A DNA stretch of 64,000 nt from contig OX597825.1 in NCBI GenBank assembly GCA_951406725.2, positions 11,904,001 through 11,968,000 on the forward strand. Direction: 5' to 3'. Below are positions 41,946 through 54,837 of this stretch, piece after piece. Below the pieces are notes generated by a model. That model saw only the letters and a program-made list of their open reading frames with translations, was not told the origin of the DNA and did not search any database. This DNA is from Octopus vulgaris. Lineage: Eukaryota. The position numbers and the translations under genes were made by a program. Each line of letters begins with the position of its first letter. Within the stretch, counting starts at the first letter, position 1.

Positions 41946-42476
41946 AATCTTTTACATATTTACAACCAAACTGCGGATCGAATGGAGCGAATTTTTGCCG
42001 TGGAACAGTTTTCCGTGCAACAATTTCTTTTGGCCGAATTTTCCCCAGGAATTTCGAATCTCATGTTAATTACAAGGGGAATTCTTCTCTCTCTTTAACG
42101 TTAAAATTAAATCGCAATTAGGGACGCACATTAATGGTGAAAGAATGTTCGACACAGGTTTCGAACGGAATATATCCTTCAATATCAGTCAGCCGTCACG
42201 TCTTTAATTGAATTAGATAATGTCATGTCACTGCCTTCTAGGCTTTATTGAATTACAACGTTGCCAGTAACGTAGAAGTTAGTTAAGGGTGGAACCTTTA
42301 AGATGAAATCAGTGGAATTTCAATTTAGAATGGAACTATGAACAGGAATTATGGGGTACTTAAGATTACCATCTAAAACCTCTCACAAACTGCAACCTTT
42401 TAATTGCTTACAATACTGTTAATCGCACAGGCAATTTGTAGTAGTTAAATTAAATGTGTGAGAGAGAGGTGTATAC

Positions 42477-42554
<78 letters not shown>

Positions 42555-42559
42555 TGTTA

Positions 42560-42762
42560 TATTTCGGAATGGTCATTTTGCCAGTTTAGCCAATAAAAAC
42601 ACACGCACTATATATTTGGTGTCATTTTGCTTCAGTGTTATTTATTTTTTACATTTTATTGGCTAAACTGGAAAAATGACCATTCCAAATATATCTGTTT
42701 CAACAATATCTGTTTCAACACCCGACTTCGCATAAAAAATCTTGCACAACAAATATATAAAC

Positions 42763-42765
<3 letters not shown>
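42560..42765. mobile_element. Inverted partial copies of the repeat found downstream of the 7.98-kb hammerhead motif, between (TA)n arrays
   Basis: 42560-42655 is approximately the reverse complement of 8040-8130; 42655-42765 is approximately the forward copy of 8096-8197. Confidence 0.8.
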
Positions 42766-42837
<72 letters not shown>

Positions 42838-43189
42838 AGAGAGGAGTCACTATGAGGATATTTAGACCTCTTATAGGGATGTTTTTATATAAGATTCACT
42901 GGTTTATATATTGTAATTTGAAGAGATAGTTCTTCAATAAATATATTATAAAATATCATATATTATTATTAAGTTTGAAAGTGGAGAGATTAAATGGATA
43001 TAAATAATTTTAAAAATTAATTATCTTTGCCTAGAATTGTTTCATTTCACATCAAAATTGAATTACAAGACATATATAAGAGATATGTTTGCATTTCAAA
43101 ATAACTTGGGTGGAAAATCTTGAGGGCATGAAAAAGGACATTACAGAGATTATATTTTGATTGGTTGACGAAAACACCAAAAGATCCAA

Positions 43190-43454
43190 GAGGCTCCGGC
43201 AGGGGATGGTGATGAAACCTTCTGTACTCTCCCAAAACAACTTTCTCTCACTCTTTCTTCCTGTTTCTGTTGTACCTGTACTTCAAAGGACCGGCCTTGT
43301 CACACTCTGTGGCTCGCTGAATCTCCCTGAGAATTACATTAAGGGTACACTTCCGTATGTAGTGATCAGCCACTTGCACGTTAATTTCACGAGCAGGCTG
43401 TTCCGTTGATCATATCAACTGGAACACTCGTCGTCGCAACCGACGGAGTGCCAC
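43190..43454. mobile_element. Family-2 SINE body fragment
   Basis: ccttgtcacactctgtggctcgctgaatctccctgagaattac...ctcgtcgtcgcaaccgacggagtgcc is shared with 22190-22430 (opposite orientation) and 56025-56180. Confidence 0.8.
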
Positions 43455-44161
43455 CTGTATTTATATGTGTATATGTATATATACATATAAAAGAATATAT
43501 GACTGTCTTTATTTAAATGCAATCGTGTTTCTGTGTTTGAATATGTTTCTTTCCTAAGTTACTTTAATAGTTCGTAAGTATGTATGCATATTTCTAAAAG
43601 ATTACTAACGTAATTATACTGTTATTTATATTTAGATATTATTCATAGTTATATCATATAACATTATTTAACTTTATGTGAGAGGTAACAGATATATATA
43701 AATATATATTTCTGCGTACGTATAAACTAATAACATAAAACCATGTTTATTATTTGTGTGTGTGTGTGTGTGTGTGTGTCTTTGTGCATTTGTTGATACT
43801 TATATTTATATTCCAATTCAATGATGATGATAATCATCAATTAAAGTATATAAGAATAAAAATGAGTAATAAAATAAATAATAAAATGCTAAGACAAAAA
43901 TGAAAAGTAAAAATAAAGATGAAATAAAATATATGTTCATGTGTATGCGCATGAATGTATGTGTATATGTATATATAGATGTTATTATCTATGTATTAAT
44001 ATATGTGTGTGTTTGCGTATATAGATGCTTCCTTCTAGAGTTACTTTATTAGTAACATATATACGCATACAAACATATTGGTGTATAAAGAATTGACATC
44101 CATACTTGTTGATCATATATATCTATATCTATATATCAATCTATCCACCTATCTATCTATC

Positions 44162-44229
<68 letters not shown>

Positions 44230-44356
44230 ATATATAAATATATATATAAATACATAGTTATGTATATATGTATATATATATATATATACATATATACATA
44301 ATCACACACGTATAGAAACATGAATATTAATTTCATTTCATTTTATTATTTATTTA

Positions 44357-44359
<3 letters not shown>

Positions 44360-44396
<37 letters not shown>

Positions 44397-44475
44397 GTTA
44401 TTATTATTATTATTATTATCATCATCATCATCATCATCATTATTATAATTATTACTATCATTATTATTATTATTA

Positions 44476-44509
<34 letters not shown>

Positions 44510-44562
44510 CATCATCATCATCATCATTATAATTATTGTTATTATTATTATTATTATCATCA

Positions 44563-44614
<52 letters not shown>

Positions 44615-44695
44615 CACCATTATTATTATTATTATTATCATCATTATTATTGTTGTTGTTGTTATCATTGTTGTTGTTGTTGTTGTTGTTGTTAT
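44360..44695. repeat. Compound (ATT)n/(ATC)n/(GTT)n microsatellite
   Basis: Read directly. Confidence 0.95.
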
Positions 44696-44698
44696 TTA

Positions 44699-44895
44699 AG
44701 GATTGTCGTTACACCCCCCGAAGGTAAAGGAACACTAAGAAGAGTGCGACTGTTATTGTTCCTTTACCTTCGGGAGGTGTAACGACAATCCTCGAATATT
44801 AGCAAAATAAAGTAGATCGAGATGATTATCTGGAACATGTGGAAGACACACGAAGTGTCGAAATATTGTTATTTCGATAACAATCGCACTCTTCT
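44699..44895. mobile_element. Foldback element between trinucleotide arrays, with a degenerate hammerhead-like motif
   Basis: 36-bp IR aggattgtcgttacaccccccgaaggtaaaggaaca / tgttcctttaccttcgggaggtgtaacgacaatcct; the loop pairs with 44877-44896; aaca-tgtggaa-gacac-acgaa-gtgtc-gaaatatt-gtt at 44834-44870. Confidence 0.65.
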
Positions 44896-45362
44896 TCTTC
44901 TTCTTCTTCTTCTTCTTCTTCTATTTGTTCTTCTACTTCTTCTTCTTCTACTTGTTGTTGTTGTTGTTCTTCTTCTTCTTCTTCCTGTTCTTCTTTTTTC
45001 TTCTTGTTCTTCTTCTTGTCTTCTTCCTGTTCTACTTCTTCTTCTTCCTGTTCTTCTTTTTATTTCTTGTTCTTGTTCTTGTTCTTCTTCTTCTTCTTCT
45101 TCTTCTTCTTCTTCTTCGTCCTGTTGTTGTGGTTTACTCCTTCTCCTTCTTCCTGTTCTTCTTTTTTCTTCTTCTTCTCTCCTTCTTCCTGTTCTTCTTT
45201 TTTTTCTTCTTGTTCTTCTTCCTGTTCTTCTTCCTGTTCTTCTTCTTCTTCTTCTTCTTCTTGTTCTTCTTCTTCTTCTTCCTGTTCTTCTTCTTCTTCT
45301 TCTTCTTCTTCTTCTTCTTCTTCCTGTTCTTCTTATTCTTCCTGTTCTTCTTCTTCTTCTTT

Positions 45363-45394
<32 letters not shown>

Positions 45395-45554
45395 GTTCTT
45401 CTTATTCTTCCTGTTCTTCTTCTTCTTCTTCTTCTTCTTCTTCTTCTTTTTCTTCCTCTTCTTCCTGTTCTTCTTCTTCTTCCTGTTCTTCTTATTCTTC
45501 CTGTTCTTCTTCTTCTTCTTCTTCTTCTTCTTCTTCTTCTTCTTCTTCTTCTTC
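44890..45554. repeat. (CTT)n array with higher-order CCTGTT/CTTATT variants
   Basis: Read directly. Confidence 0.95.
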
Positions 45555-45589
45555 AAGGTATTTTGAAATGCGAACTTATATTCTTTTAT

Positions 45590-46009
45590 TCTTTCTCTTA
45601 ATTGTTTCAGTCATTTGACTGCGGCCATTCTGGAGCACCGCCTGTGGTCGAACAAATCCACCCTAAAACTTATTCTTTGTAAGCCTTGTACTTATCCTAT
45701 CGGTGTCTGTTGCCTAACCGCTATGTCACGGGGACGTAAACACACTGACATCGATTGTCAAGCAATGATGAGGAGGTTATAAACACAGACACACAAACGC
45801 ATACATCTATATACATATACACGACTACCTTCCTTCAGTTTTCGTCTACCAATTCCACCCACAAGACTTTGGTCGGCTCGCGAATATACCAGAATACACT
45901 TGCCCAAGATAGTACGCAGTGGGACTAAACCCGCAACCATGTGATTGGTAAGCAGGTTTCTTACCACACAGCTACTCCTGCTACTTACCACACAGCCACT
46001 CTTACTCCT
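45590..46009 (-). mobile_element. Family-1 SINE, diverged, with duplicated head
   Basis: Reverse complement of the family-1 layout; cttaccacacagc(t/c)actc occurs twice. Confidence 0.85.
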
Positions 46010-46397
46010 ATTTATATGCTTTGTAATTTAAATTGGATGTGAAATGAAACAATTGTAGGCAATGATAATAAATTAATATATAAGTGTACATCTATTGAAT
46101 CTCTCCTTTTCCATATAATACTAACCTCAATTTTAGGTGTAATAATAATTGTTTTTGAAGAGACACTATATTTTGTTCTTTGCTGTGAGTGTCTTTTACG
46201 AGTAATCTTCTTTTTGTAAAGTCTGTCCTAAATCTGCTACATATATGATTGTATTTACTTTTCCAAGCCTCTGTATATCTACCTTTACATATGCTTCCTC
46301 TTGTTCTTAATGATAACAATTTACTATGTAGATTTTAGAGTAATTGAAATGCCAATTGTATATATATGTATATATATTTATATATTATATCTATATC

Positions 46398-46475
<78 letters not shown>

Positions 46476-46529
46476 TACATACATACATGCATACATACAT
46501 ACATACACACACACACACATACATACATA

Positions 46530-46582
<53 letters not shown>

Positions 46583-48409
46583 TAATTACTATACACTAAC
46601 ATAGAGAAAGGCAATCTAAATTCAGGTTGTTATATCTTGTTATTTACAGTGTTGTTCGTATCTGACTTCCTTCACCCTGAAGTCTTTACACTCACAAAAA
46701 CCAAACAGCGTCAGTTCGTGTTACCTGCGAGCAAATCCACATGTTAGTATAACACCTGCTAAAATTGCCAATAAAAATGACTCGAATTACGGCATGTTGT
46801 TAAAAGAAAAGAACGGGTACTGTAGATTACATAACCGTATACTTTGTAAAAAGACGAAATGCTAACCGCTAAAGTACTTTGGAATTACTCGACTAGATAA
46901 CAATACATAACCTTCAGATTTAACATTTTTTACTTAACAAATTCTATTATAAATAAGACGAATGTTGAAACCTGAAGGAACTGGATTTTGAACACCACCA
47001 AATCGTTTTGCACTTCTTTTTTCTTTTTCCTGCTTTTTCTCTAGTTTCAGCTCAGAGCTGCTGCCATGCTGATGGACCACCGCTGTTGGAAATTTATCGG
47101 TTTTATCAGTGCTTCCCACCTACAGTTTCTTCGTTATGTCTTTACATTGAATAGGATATTATACTAAAGTCTTTTGCGTCTTGGTACCGTTCACTAATAT
47201 ACAAGTACAGAATAGCGAAGCACTAATCACTAGAATATAAAAATACATGCGTAACTAGAATATAAATATACTAGAATATAGAGGCTCTAATCACTAGAAA
47301 TAATAACCAAATCGTTCTTGAATCAATCTTAACTATCTTTTAGTTATGACAATTCGGGGGCAAAAGTGCAACAACATACTATGTTTAACAGTTTAAGAAC
47401 TAAAATAAATGCGAAAAATCTTAGTAATATACAAGTGTACAAGTTTGCTATCTAAATAATTGCTGTTCTTCAGAAGAACATTTCTTCAATACTTCAATAT
47501 ATCATCAAATACCAACCCCAACAGAGTAATTTATGTCATCTCGTTGTAAATTTGACACTGTCCATTTCACAACGTATTTAGATTTGAGAATACTATTCCC
47601 ACTGTAATGTTTATGATATATTCGTAATCGTTCTTCATTTTTGTTTATCAAACGCTAACTCTCACACTACTGTAATAATTTACAATGAAATATGAGTGCA
47701 AAATATTTAGTCGTTCTCAGTGTCTTCGCAACTTGTAGGAAACTTTTAACTTTACAGATGAAGAAACAAGTGAAATAAATCAGTTTTCTTTCATGTCACG
47801 TTTATAGGAATTTTCTAAACTTTGCCAGTCTTCTCTACTTTTAATTCTGTTATCATCGAATTTAAATAACTTTACAATTACAATTGGTTAGTCAGACGCT
47901 ATCTGAATACTTTTGGCTATTAATGTTAATGTCGTAATGATCTAAAGTCGATTTTCGTTACGTTTTATGTTCACTGAAATTGCAACTGATGCCTTTAGAG
48001 ATGACATCGCCGAAAGGCGAAAGAGAAATTGGACATATTGTAGCATGCTCTAATTCAGGAATATTTTACGGTGAAACAAGGTTATTATTAGTAAATTTGA
48101 TGAATATCTGGTTTACTATGTTTGGCCCCAGCACGCAACTGTAAAAATTGATAATGAGAATGTCTCTTATATTATCTCTAATCAGGATAACAAGACTAAG
48201 GATGCTTGGAAAACACTTGGTTGTGAGTTCTATGGAGTCGTGCAGCCTTTGTGGCAATTGACTTCTATTGGTATTTGTTGACGAATAATTTGCGATACTA
48301 TTTCATAAGTGGAAGCAATGCTGTAAGCCAGTCTCTCTTGTATATATGCATGTGTATATGTGTATGTATATATCTTTCATAGTTGCCCTCCAAAGTTTTC
48401 CATTTGTGA

Positions 48410-48812
48410 CATTGGTTCTACATATAACAGACCAGTGGTTGACCTGTATGATACGTGTCTCTGTGACATTCTGAGACCCCCTTCGGTCACGACACTGACC
48501 GTGGGATTGCACCTACAATATTACTCTCCCCGGCACAAGTCCGGGCAAGGTTGTTTATGGAAGACCAGCAGTCGCCCAAGCATACCAGCCTCCCCTCTCC
48601 ACGCCACCAGTGTTATCCAAGGGAAAGGCAAAGGGGCCGATACAGCTTTGCACCTGTGACGTCGCAACTAATTTCTACAGCTGAGTGAACTGGAGCAATG
48701 TGAAATAAAGTGTCTTGCTCAAGAACACAACATTCAGCCCGGTCCGGGATTCGAGCTCACAACCTCACGATCGTAAGCTCGACTCTCTAACCCCTGAACC
48801 ATGTGCCTTCAC
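48410..48812 (-). mobile_element. tRNA-derived CORE-like SINE with a different 3' tail
   Basis: Minus-strand head gtgaaggcacatggttcaggggttagag...gagctcgaatccc, then gttgtgttcttgagcaagacactttatttcac. Confidence 0.8.
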
Positions 48813-51460
48813 ATGTGACAATATTTGTAAATAAGTACATTGGTCAAGTGGACAAGCTTCAGAATTTTCACAATAACAACTATGATTGGGATCTTGGTAA
48901 ATTTTACGAGTTATAATATTTTTCATATTGAGGCAGCAACTGTATGATATTTTACGTCTCCATTATAACTTATGACTACTCTCTTGCAGAGAAGCATTTC
49001 GCATTGAATTCAGTGGAACTAAGGGAGACAATCTGGTGTATTTATATATAGGAAAGGCAATTTTGTATTAATTTCATGTTCGAAAGTATTTGAGTAACAA
49101 ATAAAACTTAAACTAGAACAAAAGACAAAATTAGAAATCTGGTTGCTAAAAATAACAGCAAGATTACCATCTTAAAAATAAATGACACATTGCCTAAGGA
49201 AGTCCCATATATTCGCAAGGTAGTCTCGCCAAATCTCTATATTTACAATGATGTATATAAAAGTTGTAAAAATTACATTTTAACTACTGCTACACATTCT
49301 AATTTAAATATCTCTTGTAGAATATAATAATATAAGTCAGCGGCAGTGAATTCATGTAATGTTAGTTACATAGGTACACGTCTCGCGTACGTAAGCTATT
49401 ATTAATCTTGTTTCTGCTTTATTTTGGGAAACGTTATATAATTCATGAAAACTAATCAAAATTAATCAGGCAAAAGCTGCTGATATCTTCATAATTATGA
49501 TTTCAATTCCAGTAAATTTCAATCGGTTATGCTTGCCATTATATTTGGTCAATAATTTTATAGTCATAACATATGTGTGAAAATTTAACAGTTATTATAA
49601 TAGAAACTTTGTTCAGAGGAAAATGATGGACGACTCTTAGATTTTCAATTACCAAGATATTGATGAAAGACTTTTCAGAAATTATAAAGTTTAGAAATAT
49701 GTTCGTAAATTGCGAGAGAAAAGTTTCTAAGAAACATATGTGCGTAAAACACACACACAGAAATACACATACACACAAACAGAAATACACAAACACACAA
49801 AATAGACACGTATATGTATTATATATATCTAAATAAACACACAAAATTGTATTTAGTCGAAATTGTGAGCGACTGAAATTAGCGGCTGTAGATATTGAAG
49901 TTACTCTGCATATTAATGGCTGAAGAATACATGAATATTCCTAGGTATTATCTAGTTCCATGAAATGAATACATTTAAATATTAGTTCATGGATACATTT
50001 CTACACGATCTTTAAAAAACTGATTGGATTGCAGTAGCGTTTCCCATCAAATCCTTTCTATTTGTGGAAGTAATATTACATATTTTGTGTTAAAAGTAGA
50101 AAATAAATTATTGGGGGTACATCTAGTTGAAATGAAAGAAGAAACAATAACATTGATATTAAGTTCTTCAAAATAAATGAAGATCAAGGCTGACGTGAGA
50201 GTATTTTGGGAGAAGGTTTTGGCCAACTCAGAAAACGTCTGGTGAAACCAGTTCGTTCATCTTTGCATAGGGATCGCCACTATCCGATGAAATATAAAGC
50301 AAACTATAGATAGGGCTCAGTCTGCAAACACATTTTTTACATTTAAAAAGCAGTATCAAAAAATAGTCATTCATGCTTTCCTTTCAAATGAAATATCGAT
50401 TTAAATGGTAGGGCGAAACGATTTCAGACATTAATATTATTATTATTATTATTATTATTTTAAGTTGATAACTAAAGGTTTTAGTAGTACGAATGTATAT
50501 GTATAGTAGCCTAAGCTTTTTCATTAAATCTGCGGTTAAACGTTGTTATAAGTTACCTCCCTGACCCAAGAAGGTAGAATAGAAAAGGCTTCCCGAAGGG
50601 TAGCAACGGATATGCGCTGAAACAGGCACTCTGATTCACGGGACTCACACTTGCGGAAGCCATGCTCGCTACAATAACGGTGAGACGGTATATGGTCCGG
50701 TGTCAAGAACGCTGGATATCTTCACTGTTGCATGTTCGAACATAAACCTGTCAGAGAATAATCGATCCATAAAACAAATTGCCTTTCTCAGCGTCACGAG
50801 CAGAGAGGCGTAGGTTGGTAGCTGACCGCACCAAATTAGAGAAGGTATCACAGCATATGGCATCCCAAATGAGGGCCTGTCACCACAGAATGGGAAAATT
50901 GTCTGTGAAACGTTTCCTGTTTCGTTGGAGATTAATAAAAATATAAACATACTGAAATTAAACATTTTTGTAAGGTTTAAAATATACAAATTTCTTAATC
51001 TAACTTGATTATGCAATGTATATATTTGTATACTAACATAACTTGAAGTTAGAAAAGAACGTTTCATGAGTATGCAACACAGTTCAATAAAAGACCGATT
51101 GAGAAATGTTTATAAAGACTGTAATATATCCATGTTTACTCTTGGTGTATTTACAAGCTTATCCTATTTTATTGGCATAACATAATAGGTCAAGGCAGGT
51201 CGTCATAAGTAACAACCGTAACTGAATGACAAGAAGGAAGACGTACAAGTTAATCCTGACAGCTGTTTCAAACACAAATGATGCAAAGTGGTCAACGTCC
51301 TTCCAAGTTGTCTGCAGTCAGCGTATTTGTGTCAGTTTATTCCATGTTCATGTCAGAGTTAGGCAGGAAGTCAATGTTAAATGAAATTTAAACCATACAT
51401 ATAAAGTATAGTTATGCATATATTAATATATATATATGTGTGCGTGTACGTATGTATGTA

Positions 51461-51504
<44 letters not shown>

Positions 51505-52416
51505 CATATACATATATATATATATACATATACATACATGCATGCATATATATATATTTATACACACATATATGTATATGTTTGTTTACATATATATATA
51601 TATATATAGCTTTATATGTATATCTATCCATCTTTGCCAATTTATCTATATGTCTCTCTATCTTTTTCTATCTCCCTCTATATGTGTATGCTCGTATATG
51701 TCTTTATACATGCGTGTGTGTGTGTGCGTGTGTGTACGTGCGTATGTATGTGTGATTATACATTTTGCAAAGAATATCCTTTTATTGAACATAATATAAA
51801 TTCATGTAGGAAATCATTGCCGTTAAAAGTTGCCTACATTTCTGGCAGGGAAAATACATCCGTTGCAGATATCATATACATATGACATATGATATTAAAT
51901 CTGAATAAAAAGAAAAAATAGTAGGAAGTGGTAAATCTTCGGTAAACATACTTGGGAAATATTGATATTTTCGGATGGATATATTCAATATATGAGAATG
52001 TTCCCAATGTGGCAAGTTTACTTGGTTATAGTGTATTTTCTTATATATATATATATAATTCTCGTCGCTATATACTTTCAAACACCCATTCACACACAAA
52101 CACAAACATATGGAAATAACGATGATGATGATGATGGTCATGGTGATGATGATGGTTTCTCTCGTCGAAGACTACGTATGGGTGTTTAGTTTTTTCCGAA
52201 ACGACCTGCACAAGTGATTTGTTGATAGTGATGAAATGTATGTGCTGTACATCAGTTGACTCTAATCTCTCCATCGAATCGACGTCGTCTGAAAGGGTGC
52301 ACGATATGTCACGTGTCAGGCGTTGAAGTGATCGTAGAGCACCATGACATGGAATGTTTTGCTCAAGAACATTACGCACCATGCCGTCTCACTTCGTCTG
52401 TATGTCTCTCTCTCTA

Positions 52417-52503
<87 letters not shown>

Positions 52504-52859
52504 AAATGGGACAAGAACGCAAAATATCTAGTCAGGTGATACAAAAAGGGACGACAAAACATCAAGATGGACGATACAAAGAAAACATGACCGGGTCATT
52601 CAGAGTTTTCTTTCCTCAGTCGCCCCTTCTTAATTATCAAGTGATTTAATCTTATTAGTATAAAGTGTATGATTCTTTTCCAAATAATTGGTTTAAATAT
52701 TATCTTTAAATAAAGTAATCATTTAAAAAATCATTTAATAATAAAATTTCTTATACCTTTGCAACAATATCAAATAAATTACAACATATATACATTAAAC
52801 ATCAATAAATGAACGAGAGTTGGTGTATGAAAACACGTGGTTGGATGTATAAAAAACGA

Positions 52860-53108
52860 CTGAAAAAACTACAGAAGGCTTGTGTTATAAGGTTAAAGAA
52901 TATATTTAAGTCGTTATGTTAGAAAATTATTAGAAAATTTTGTGTATAGTAACATAGTTTTTGGAGAAATAACCGGTTTCGTATATTCTTTTCAAATTTT
53001 TCAAAAAACTATGTTACTATACACAATATTTTATAACAATTTTTCTAACATAACGACTTAAATATATTCTTTAACCTTATAAAACAAGCCTTCTGTAATT
53101 TTTTCACT
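52860..53108. repeat. Foldback element (about 110-bp arms) with a hammerhead-like loop on the minus strand
   Basis: acagaaggcttgtgttataaggttaaagaatatatttaagtcgttatgttagaaaa...aacatagttttt is mirrored at 52995-53108; the minus-strand loop reads ttgaaaa-gaatatac-gaaaccggtt. Confidence 0.85.
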
Positions 53109-53215
53109 CTTTTTTATTATATATATATATATATATATATAAACCTAACGTAAAGAATTACAACTAAAAATGAAACCAAAGTCAAATTAAAATATATAAT
53201 AAAGAGAAAACACAA

Positions 53216-53492
53216 AATCCGTTGGAATTCAATTGAGATTTAGATGAAATTCCTTCTCATTGTCGTAGTTCTAAAGATATTTTAGGATTTCTTGCAATAT
53301 TAATTGCATTGGTTGAGTTAAGTTTATTGTTTCCAAATATGTTGGGGAATGCAGAAAATTTTATTCCTGCGAATCCTTTAGTTACTCCAATTCATATTAA
53401 GCCTGAGTGATATTTCTTTTTTTTTTTTTGCTTATGATATTTTACGTTCAATTCCTAATACTTTAGGATATGTGGTTAGTTTACGAATGTCT
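53216..53492 (+). pseudogene. CYTB: NUMT: mitochondrial cytochrome b fragment
   Basis: With TGA=Trp: [59 protein letters not shown](frameshift in T run)AYDILRSIPNTLG; the PEWY motif is intact. Confidence 0.95.
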
Positions 53493-53559
53493 AACTTCGA
53501 AGATAAAATAGATTTTTGGTAAGAAAAGAAGAGATTTGTAAATAAATCAATTGACCGCA

Positions 53560-53745
53560 TGTGTATCATTGGCGATTTTCTTTCTCCGTCTTCCCTTCTT
53601 TGGTTCTTTCCTTTTCCTATGTTTCTGACGAAGAGTTCCGCTCGAAACGTTAAATCCTACTCCCGAGCGTCCAATAACACTATACTTGTTCCACGTCCTC
53701 GAGTTGTTGTGTTTTCTCTCCGTGTTTCCATGTTTGGATTAACTA
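53560..53745 (+). mobile_element. Penelope-like terminal-repeat relic with minimal hammerhead-like motif (53621-53655)
   Basis: gttt-CUGACGA-A-GAG-uuccg-CUC-GAAACGUU-aaat, with palindromic AACGUU in place of stem III; ends in (TA)n(TG)n. Confidence 0.55.
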
Positions 53746-53746
53746 C

Positions 53747-53807
<61 letters not shown>

Positions 53808-53967
53808 TGTGTGTACGTAATAGGGCGCCTTCGTGTTAGTGTCCGTGCGTGTGTGTGTGTATCTGTGGGTGGAAAATTAATCGGGAAAAACATTTCTATT
53901 CATTTTTTTTAAATGCCTATATTTATACATAATATATTTATACAATGCATCAAACCAAGAAGTATCA

Positions 53968-54053
53968 AATAGATAAATTTAGGCATAGATGGTTACATAC
54001 GATTTCTATTATGCTCTCTGTACGTGTGTGTGTGTTTGTGCGAGTGAATGTCC

Positions 54054-54084
<31 letters not shown>

Positions 54085-54138
54085 CGTGTTCATAGGATAC
54101 GATTCTTATGAAAACGATTACGCCTAAATTTATCTATT
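53968..54138. mobile_element. Small MITE-like inverted repeat enclosing (TG)n
   Basis: aatagataaatttaggcata / tacgcctaaatttatctatt, extending imperfectly to about 38 bp. Confidence 0.6.
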
Positions 54139-54464
54139 AAAATCTTCTCGTAATTGTCACTAAAATAACTGGAAAAATTCACTTAAAGCAACCGACACCC
54201 AACCCACACAAGAATCACTCTCACACTCACACGCATGTGCTTAATCACACATGCGCACTCCATAATCTTTCTTCCTCAGCAATTTTGGTGAAATCTATTT
54301 TCAGTAGCTGGATAACGTGACAACTGACAAAAAATGCCCAAAACAAAATTGACATCTTGAATTGACATCAACCATCCCAGAATAAAGGTCCTCTTTTTTA
54401 CAGCTGCGCAGCATGACAACTGACCAAAAGAATACAATGCATTTTCAACGATCTCAAAAAAGCT

Positions 54465-54469
54465 CTTTC

Positions 54470-54519
<50 letters not shown>

Positions 54520-54558
54520 GCCTTTCTTCCCTTCCTTCCTTTCTTTCTTCCTTTCTTC

Positions 54559-54593
<35 letters not shown>

Positions 54594-54626
54594 TCGTTCT
54601 TTATTCCTTTCTTTCGTTCTTCATTC

Positions 54627-54673
<47 letters not shown>

Positions 54674-54746
54674 TCGTTCTTCCTTACTTTCTTTCTGCCT
54701 TTCTTTCTTTCCTTCATTCTTTCTTTCTTCCTTCCTTCCTTCCTTC

Positions 54747-54793
<47 letters not shown>

Positions 54794-54806
54794 TCGTTCT
54801 TCATTC

Positions 54807-54837
<31 letters not shown>

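Noticed and set aside
42148-42195. Minus-strand GAAACCTGTGTC hammerhead 3' half
   Set aside because: Upstream core (ctgatattgaag) and stem I do not fit.
52585-52622. Minus-strand CTGAGGA...GAATGACCCGGTCAT hammerhead-like motif
   Set aside because: GAAA box is incomplete (GAAT) and there is no valid cleavage triplet or stem I.
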